Shown: positions 33,592-39,270 of the stretch, piece after piece
Layout: each line of letters opens with the position of its first letter
How positions within the stretch are numbered: the first letter of the stretch is position 1
Assembly: GCA_012839485.1 (NCBI GenBank)
Contig: DUNF01000030.1
Span: 1-39,270, forward strand
Source: Acholeplasmataceae bacterium
GTDB taxonomy: Bacteria; Bacillota_I; Bacilli_A; ML615J-28; CAG-698
Length of the DNA stretch: 39,270 nt
Reading direction: 5' to 3'
The notes under the pieces: generated by a model
Seen by the model: the letters and a program-made list of their open reading frames with translations, nothing else
Databases searched by the model: none
What the model was told of the DNA's origin: nothing
Made by a program: the position numbers and the translations under genes

Positions 33592-36213
33592 ATGAAGAAG
33601 ATAACTTTAATTGATGGAAATAGTTTAATGTTTAGAGCTTTTTATGCTACATACTATACAGGGAAAATGATGCAAACTTCTCAAGGTCTATATACTAATG
33701 CTATTTATGGATTTGTAAATATGATCAATAGTTTATTAGAAAAGAAAGACATAAATTATGTTTTTGTAGCATTTGATGCTGGTAAGCAAACATTCCGTCA
33801 TCAAGAGTATAAAGAATATAAAGGAACAAGGACTAAATTACCTGAAGAACTAAAAGTGCAAATTCCTTATATCAAAGAATATTTAGATGTTTTAGAAATC
33901 AAACATTTTGAGTCTTTAGAATATGAAGCAGATGACCTTATTGCCACAATGGCTAATTTGTGTAAAGATAAGTTTGATGAAATTCATATTGTATCGGGAG
34001 ATAAAGATTTACTTCAACTAGTAGATGATAAAATCACTGTTCACTTAACTAAATCTGGAGTTAAAGAGTTAGATGAAAATAACATATCTAACTTTAAAGA
34101 AAAGAATAATATTTATCCTAATCAAGTTACTGACTATAAAGGCTTAATCGGTGATACATCTGATAATTTACCAGGCATTAGAGGTATTGGTCCTAAGACA
34201 GCAATTCAGTTATTAACTGATTATAAAGATTTAGAAGATATCTACTTAAATATTGAAGAGGTAAAAGGAAGAACTAAAACTCTTTTAGAAGGTGGAAAAG
34301 AAGAAGCTTACAAAACTAAATATCTTGCTACATTAGTAAAAGATGCTTATATTCCTTATGAGATTGAAGATTTAAATTATCAAAACTATGAACATCCTAA
34401 ACTATATCGTTTCTATAAAGAAATGGAATTTAATAGTTTAATGAAACAAGCTGATCAAGGAGAGATAGAAGAAAATCCTAATTTAGAGATTATTGAAGAT
34501 TTAAATTATGACTTTAGTAAGTTGGATAAAGAAATAACTCTTTCTTTAGAAACTTATTATGAAAACTATTATAATAATCAAATTTTAGGACTTGCAATTA
34601 AAGATAAAAAACATCATCTTTTTGTATCAAAAGATGTTTTATTAAAAAACAAGTCATTACATGAGATATTAGCGAATGAAGAAACAAAGATTAGCTTATT
34701 TGATTATAAGAAGACTTATGTTTTACTTAAAAAAAGAGGAATCAATTTAAAAAATGTTACATTTGATTTATTGCTAGCTGCTTACTTAATTAACCCTAGT
34801 TATAGTAATGATGATATCCAAGTTGTAGCACAAAACTTTCTTGAAACAAATATTCCTCAATATGATACAATATATAAAGAAAATAAAAAGTACCATATTC
34901 CAAGTTTAGATATCTATTCTCAATATGCAGCAGCTAAAAATGATTTAATTAACAAACTAAAGAAACAAGTTTTAGCTGAAATCAAAGAAAATGAAATTGA
35001 AGATTTATTTAAAATTGAGATTGAATTATCTAAAGTTCTAGGAGATATGGAAATATGTGGTTTGTTAATTGACCCATTAAAACTAAAAGAGATTGGTGAA
35101 GAATTTGAAGTTGAAGCAAATAAATATCAAGATGAGGTATTTATGTATGCTGGTGAAAAATTTAACTTAAATTCTTATAAAGTTTTAGGGGAGATTTTAT
35201 TTGAAAAATTAAAGTTACCTGTTTATAAGAAAACTAAAACCGGCTATTCTACAAACTCAGAAGTTTTAGAAAAGCTAGCTTATAGATATCCAATAGCAAA
35301 AGCTATCTTAGAATATCGATCTTATAATAAATTAATCACTACTTATGTAAATGGCTTATTAGAAGTAAAAGATGAAAACAATTATTTACATCCTGTTTAT
35401 AAACAAGCCCTAACAACTACAGGTAGATTATCTTCAATTGAACCTAATATTCAAAATATTCCGATAAGAACAGAAACAGGTCAAACTATTAGAAAAGTTT
35501 TTGTTTCACGTTTTAAAGATGGTTTAATTTTAAGCGCCGACTACTCGCAAATTGAACTAAGAGTACTAGCATCTTTATCTGAAGATCCAAAAATGATTGA
35601 GTTTTATAATCAGGGTTTAGATATTCATAGAGCTACAGCTGCTAGTATTTATGGGATTGATTATAATATGATAAAGCCTAGCCAAAGACGAGATGCCAAG
35701 ACGATTAACTTTGGGATTATTTATGGGATGAGTGCTTGGGGTTTATCAGAGGCTTTAAATATTAATCCGAAAGATGCTAGTGATTATATTGAGCGTTATT
35801 TTGAGATTTTTAAAGGTGCAAAAGAGTTTTTAGATAATCAAGTAGCAAGTGCTAGAGAAAAAGGTTATACTAAGACTTTACTTAACCGTAGAAGATATAT
35901 TGATAATATTAATAGTCCAAATATCAATTTAAGAAACTTTGGGGAAAGAACAGCGATGAATGCACCAATTCAAGGAACAGCAGCTGATATTATAAAATTA
36001 GCGATGAATAAAGTAAAAGCTAAAATGGTTGAAGCTAAGTTAGAATCACTACTAATTGCTCAAGTCCATGATGAATTAGTGTTTGATGTAAAACCTAATG
36101 AACTTGAAATTTTAAAAGATATTGTAAAGACTGAGATGGAAAATGTAATTAAATTAAATGTACCATTAGTTATTGAGATTAACTATGGGAAAAATTGGTA
36201 TGAAACTAAATAG
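33592..36213 (+). CDS. polA: DNA polymerase I (5' nuclease plus vestigial 3'-5' exo domain plus family A polymerase)
   Basis: 5' nuclease DGNSLMFRAFYA and GIRGIGPKTA. Pol motifs: A LSADYSQIELRVLA, B RRDAKTINFGIIYGMS, C QVHDELVF. The Exo I position reads LSLETYYEN (no DxE), as in Bacillus-type PolI. Confidence 0.97.
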   Translation: MKKITLIDGNSLMFRAFYATYYTGKMMQTSQGLYTNAIYGFVNMINSLLEKKDINYVFVAFDAGKQTFRHQEYKEYKGTRTKLPEELKVQIPYIKEYLDVLEIKHFESLEYEADDLIATMANLCKDKFDEIHIVSGDKDLLQLVDDKITVHLTKSGVKELDENNISNFKEKNNIYPNQVTDYKGLIGDTSDNLPGIRGIGPKTAIQLLTDYKDLEDIYLNIEEVKGRTKTLLEGGKEEAYKTKYLATLVKDAYIPYEIEDLNYQNYEHPKLYRFYKEMEFNSLMKQADQGEIEENPNLEIIEDLNYDFSKLDKEITLSLETYYENYYNNQILGLAIKDKKHHLFVSKDVLLKNKSLHEILANEETKISLFDYKKTYVLLKKRGINLKNVTFDLLLAAYLINPSYSNDDIQVVAQNFLETNIPQYDTIYKENKKYHIPSLDIYSQYAAAKNDLINKLKKQVLAEIKENEIEDLFKIEIELSKVLGDMEICGLLIDPLKLKEIGEEFEVEANKYQDEVFMYAGEKFNLNSYKVLGEILFEKLKLPVYKKTKTGYSTNSEVLEKLAYRYPIAKAILEYRSYNKLITTYVNGLLEVKDENNYLHPVYKQALTTTGRLSSIEPNIQNIPIRTETGQTIRKVFVSRFKDGLILSADYSQIELRVLASLSEDPKMIEFYNQGLDIHRATAASIYGIDYNMIKPSQRRDAKTINFGIIYGMSAWGLSEALNINPKDASDYIERYFEIFKGAKEFLDNQVASAREKGYTKTLLNRRRYIDNINSPNINLRNFGERTAMNAPIQGTAADIIKLAMNKVKAKMVEAKLESLLIAQVHDELVFDVKPNELEILKDIVKTEMENVIKLNVPLVIEINYGKNWYETK

Positions 36214-36224
36214 GGGAGGTAATT

Positions 36225-36725
36225 ATGAAAGAAATTAAAATTAGAAGAAGTGTTAGATCGTTTGAAGATAAACTATTAACTGATAAAGAACTAGAAAAAC
36301 TAGTAAGAGCAGGAATGCAAGCACCTAGTGCAAGAAACCAACAACCTTTATATTTTATTGCAATTAATAAAAAAGAAGTTTTAAAAGAAATTTCTGAAAA
36401 AGTACCTGGTTATAAGATGGTAGGTGAAGCTGGAGGATTAATCATTATCTTTGTAAGAAATGAAGAGCATCCAGCACCAAAACAAACTGAACAAGATGCT
36501 TCAGCTGCAACACAAAACATTTTACTTGAAGCAACTCATTTAGGAATAGGTTCATGCTGGCTATCTACTTTCCATAATGAAGCAAAACAAGAAGCAATTG
36601 CTAATTACTTTAAATTACCAGAAAAACATCTTCCAGCTGTGGGGATTGCTTTAGGTTATCCAAAAGATAAAGATGCTTTAAAGTTTATTGACCGTTATAA
36701 TAAAGATTGGGTAAAATATATTTAA
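36225..36725 (+). CDS. Nitroreductase-family flavoprotein
   Basis: Motifs RRSVRSF, APSARNQQP and GIGSCW, 166 aa. Strong RBS GGGGAGG. Confidence 0.8.
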   Translation: MKEIKIRRSVRSFEDKLLTDKELEKLVRAGMQAPSARNQQPLYFIAINKKEVLKEISEKVPGYKMVGEAGGLIIIFVRNEEHPAPKQTEQDASAATQNILLEATHLGIGSCWLSTFHNEAKQEAIANYFKLPEKHLPAVGIALGYPKDKDALKFIDRYNKDWVKYI

Positions 36726-36726
36726 G

Positions 36727-37548
36727 ATGCCAGAATTACCAGAAGTTGAAACTGTCCGTAATACTTTAAAACATTTAGTTATTGGTGAAGAAATTCAAGA
36801 TGTAGATATCTACTATGAAAGAATTATTCAATATCCAACAGTTACCTTATTTAAAAAACAAATTAAAGGCGAAAAAATTCAAGATGTTTTACGTTACGGA
36901 AAGTATCTAATATTCAAATTAACTAAAGGTTTTCTAATTTCTCATTTGCGAATGGAAGGTAAATACTTTTTAAGAGAAAATGAAGAAAAAGAAAAACATG
37001 AACATATTATCTTTTATTTAAAGAGCGGAAAGACATTAAGATATCATGATGTACGTAAATTTGGAACTATGCATTTATACCTTGATTTAAGTTATGAAGA
37101 ATTATTAAAAAAAGAACCTTTAAATAAATTAGGATTAGAGCCTTTTAGTAATAGTTTAAATACCGAATATTTAAAAGATAAACTTAAAACAAAAAGTCAA
37201 GCAATCAAACAATTATTACTTGACCAAAGCATAATTACAGGAATAGGCAACATTTACGCCGATGAAATCTTATTTATGGCGAGGATTAATCCTAAAAAGG
37301 CCGGTAAATTATTAAATAATGATGAGCTTGAGAAAATTATTAAATATACAAAAGTTGTCTTAGAAAAGGCGATTCAATTAGGTGGGACAACAATTAGATC
37401 TTATTCTTCAGATGGGATTAGTGGTTTATTCCAAAATGAACTTTTAGTACATACAAAAGAAAAATGTCCTGTGTGCGGGAAAGATATTACAAAAATAAAA
37501 ATAGGTGGTAGAAGTACATATTATTGTGAATATTGCCAGAAGGAGTAA
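36727..37548 (+). CDS. mutM: Formamidopyrimidine-DNA glycosylase
   Basis: N-terminal MPELPEVE, H2TH region (GIGNIYADEILF) and a C-terminal zinc finger CPVCG...YYCEYCQ. Confidence 0.95.
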   Translation: MPELPEVETVRNTLKHLVIGEEIQDVDIYYERIIQYPTVTLFKKQIKGEKIQDVLRYGKYLIFKLTKGFLISHLRMEGKYFLRENEEKEKHEHIIFYLKSGKTLRYHDVRKFGTMHLYLDLSYEELLKKEPLNKLGLEPFSNSLNTEYLKDKLKTKSQAIKQLLLDQSIITGIGNIYADEILFMARINPKKAGKLLNNDELEKIIKYTKVVLEKAIQLGGTTIRSYSSDGISGLFQNELLVHTKEKCPVCGKDITKIKIGGRSTYYCEYCQKE

Positions 37549-37550
37549 AG

Positions 37551-38120
37551 ATGGTTATCGGAATTACAGGCTCAATAGCCTCAGGTAAAACTAAAGTAGC
37601 AAACTATTTAAAGAGTTTAGGCTATAAAGTTTTATCAGCTGATGAAGAGAATAGTAAGTTACTAGAAGATCCTCATGTAATTTTAGAAATTAAAGAAAAG
37701 GTAAGTTCTGATGTAGTTGTTTCAGGGAAAGTAGATAAGAAGCTTCTAGCAAAACTTGTTTTCAATAACAAAGAAGCTTTAAAAAAACTTACTGATATAA
37801 CTCATCCTTTAATTTATTTGAGTTTAAAAATGCAAATTCAAAAAAATCAAATAACTTTTATAGAAGTTCCTTTATTAGTAGAAACTAACTTTACTGAACT
37901 TGTAGATAAAATAATGGTTATCGATATTAAGGGAAAAAAACAAATTAAAAGATTAATGAAGAGAAATCAAATTAAGGAAGAAGAAGCTAAAAAGTTAATT
38001 AGCTTGCAAATGTCTAGTAGCGAGAAAGCTAAGTATGGCGATTATGTTATTGATAATAGCCGTTGCTTTTGTAACACGAAAAGACAAATAAATAAAATAT
38101 TAAAAGAAATAGGAGGATAA
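37551..38120 (+). CDS. coaE: Dephospho-CoA kinase
   Basis: P-loop IGITGSIASGKT, ~190 aa. The ATG at 37551 follows AGGAG, whereas the ORF-track start (37533) would overlap mutM. Position is as in Bacillus. Confidence 0.9.
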   Translation: MVIGITGSIASGKTKVANYLKSLGYKVLSADEENSKLLEDPHVILEIKEKVSSDVVVSGKVDKKLLAKLVFNNKEALKKLTDITHPLIYLSLKMQIQKNQITFIEVPLLVETNFTELVDKIMVIDIKGKKQIKRLMKRNQIKEEEAKKLISLQMSSSEKAKYGDYVIDNSRCFCNTKRQINKILKEIGG

Positions 38121-38121
38121 A

Positions 38122-38484
38122 ATGGGTTTTAAAGAATTTTTTAGTAACAATTTTGAAACAAAAGAAAACCATCATCTTCAATCACTAAGAACAAGATATT
38201 ATCGCAATCGTTTAGCTGATGCAAGAAAAGCAGTTTATGATTTGATGAAAGAAGAAAGTGGAAAATTAATTTCAGATAACAAGCAATTTAATGAAATTTT
38301 ATTTGAAACAAATAAATATTCATTAATAGTAATTCTTGTAGAGACGAAGATTAATGAAGTTGCTATAGATTTTGCTATCACTACAAAATTCATTTTTCCT
38401 CGTGGAAGAGGCCAAAAAATTATTGAAAGGCTATACCAAGTTTTAGACAAAAAACTAAACTATAAAGGTGTTAGTCTATATTAG
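38122..38484 (+). CDS. Hypothetical cytoplasmic protein (120 aa), no recognisable motif
   Basis: Strong RBS AGGAGG 5 nt before the ATG. The gene is tightly packed between coaE (1-nt gap) and dnaB (9-nt gap). It has no TM segment, no Cys and no nucleotide-binding motif. Confidence 0.55.
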   Translation: MGFKEFFSNNFETKENHHLQSLRTRYYRNRLADARKAVYDLMKEESGKLISDNKQFNEILFETNKYSLIVILVETKINEVAIDFAITTKFIFPRGRGQKIIERLYQVLDKKLNYKGVSLY

Positions 38485-38493
38485 GAGCAATAT

Positions 38494-39270
38494 ATGAAAC
38501 ATACAAATTTTAGAGTTTATAAAAATTTTGAATTATCAGGGGAAGCTGGATTCTGTTTAACTAAACTATACCTACCTTTGATTGGGATTGATAGTTTTGC
38601 TTTATATAATTTATTAATGACTTATGACAATAAAGAAACTTATGATATAAGAACAGTCCTTGATAGTTTAAACTTTAACAATGACCACTTTTTCCAAGAA
38701 GCTTTAAATAAATTAAATGCCCTAAGTTTAGTTGAAACTTATTTTGATGAAGAAAAAGGCTATTATTTATATTTAAAGCAACCATTAGCTGTTGAGTCCT
38801 TTTTATCAAATAGACTTTTAGTTAAATTCTTAACTGAAAAAATAGGTCCAGTTGAAGTGGAAAATATAACTAAAAACTTAAATTATAAAATTAGAGGTTA
38901 TACAGATATTACTAAGACTTTTGATGAAGTATATGTGAAGGACTTTAAAGAAGAAGTTGATCCTTTTGCGAAGTTGTTTTTTAATAAAATTAAAGATAAT
39001 ATTAATATTAAAGGTGAAAAGTTTGATTATTTATTGTTTAAGATGGAGTTTGATGAAAATATAATTCCAAGTGCTGTCTTTGATGACCCTGAGTTAAAGA
39101 ATAAAATTATTAATGTAGCTTATACTTATGATTTAAATGTTCAGGAAATGAAACAAGTTATTGAAGATGTAGTTCTTCAAAATAACGACTTGCCATTATC
39201 AAAGATTGGTGAAAGTGCAGAAAAGATTTACGCCCTAAAAGATGAGAAAGAAAGAGTTCTTCAAGAAGAA
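38494..39270 (+). CDS. dnaB: Replication initiation/membrane attachment protein, Bacillus DnaB type (DnaD-like domains), 3' end outside the window
   Basis: This ORF is not in the ORF track because it is open-ended. The ATG at 38494 follows AGGAG, and the frame is open to nt 39270 (259 codons). TKLYLPLIGIDSFALYNLL matches the DnaB/DnaD N-terminal signature (LYQPLIG..A..LY), and FDYLLFKMEF...IINVAYTYDLNVQEM matches the DnaD-like repeat. This is not the replicative helicase. Confidence 0.72.
   Translation, partial: MKHTNFRVYKNFELSGEAGFCLTKLYLPLIGIDSFALYNLLMTYDNKETYDIRTVLDSLNFNNDHFFQEALNKLNALSLVETYFDEEKGYYLYLKQPLAVESFLSNRLLVKFLTEKIGPVEVENITKNLNYKIRGYTDITKTFDEVYVKDFKEEVDPFAKLFFNKIKDNINIKGEKFDYLLFKMEFDENIIPSAVFDDPELKNKIINVAYTYDLNVQEMKQVIEDVVLQNNDLPLSKIGESAEKIYALKDEKERVLQEE

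Noticed and set aside
2020-38450. Fifteen short ORFs (62-132 aa) in the ORF track lie antisense to, or out of frame within, larger genes: 2020-2211, 6482-6697, 7655-7903, 8840-9031, 12169-12360, 12364-12597, 26040-26405, 26630-26818, 27856-28113, 28261-28566, 30000-30209, 30647-30928, 32382-32780, 33105-33293 and 38235-38450.
   Set aside because: Each is fully embedded in a longer ORF with clear homology and motifs. They lack RBS signals. Their Ile/Leu/Phe/Lys/Ser-rich composition is what AT-rich DNA gives in non-coding frames. ORF 28261-28566 additionally runs through the FMN riboswitch promoter region.
1-39270. Possibility that this is a code-4 (TGA = Trp) mycoplasma/spiroplasma sequence, given the low GC content and the Mollicutes-like gene set.
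   Set aside because: All long conserved proteins (PolA, UvrB, RecD2, RNase Y, ComEC and others) read through uninterrupted under the standard code, and Trp positions checked by eye are TGG. A code-4 genome at this GC content would place many in-frame TGAs in these genes.
1-39270. Search for a defence island, prophage, transposon/IS, integrase, toxin-antitoxin pair, CRISPR array, tRNA or rRNA.
   Set aside because: None seen. Every ORF over 100 aa except two or three has a housekeeping or transport assignment. Intergenic regions are all under 300 nt and are explained by promoters, riboswitches and terminators. I noticed no direct or inverted long repeats by eye, but a computed self-alignment would be needed to exclude them.

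Overview
This 39.3 kb window is AT-rich (about 30% GC by eye, not computed) and gene-dense. It looks like core chromosome from a low-GC Firmicutes/Mollicutes-related bacterium. The standard genetic code is in use: every long, homology-bearing ORF is free of in-frame TGA, and Trp is TGG, so this is not a code-4 mycoplasma. I count about 38 protein genes, two riboswitches, several consensus sigma-A-type promoters and clear intrinsic terminators. Gene order matches well-known Bacillus-type synteny blocks: yhaM-prsA; (MBL hydrolase)-uvrB-mnmA-recD2; comEA-comEC-holA with convergent rpsT; pgsA-recA-rny-ymdB; and polA-(nitroreductase)-mutM-coaE-(unknown)-dnaB(Bacillus type). The 23-33.5 kb stretch is rich in ion and small-molecule transport: a CPA2 antiporter behind a c-di-AMP (ydaO-type) riboswitch, a NatAB-like ABC exporter, ribU behind an FMN riboswitch, ktrBA, and an ArsB/NhaD-type permease. 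I found no rRNA, tRNA, CRISPR array, transposase, integrase or recognisable defence genes, so I cannot support a large novel system here. The most promising leads are: (1) the c-di-AMP riboswitch - CPA2 antiporter - small PII-like protein module; (2) a Big_2-repeat lipoprotein whose Amidase_2 domain is split by a ~90-aa insertion; (3) a 900-aa, apparently internally duplicated PrsA-like foldase; (4) a miaB mRNA with no leader or Shine-Dalgarno; (5) an uncharacterised 120-aa gene where nrdR normally sits upstream of dnaB; and (6) a two-domain P-loop kinase-like protein. All product calls rest on motif recognition and remembered homologs, not on database searches.
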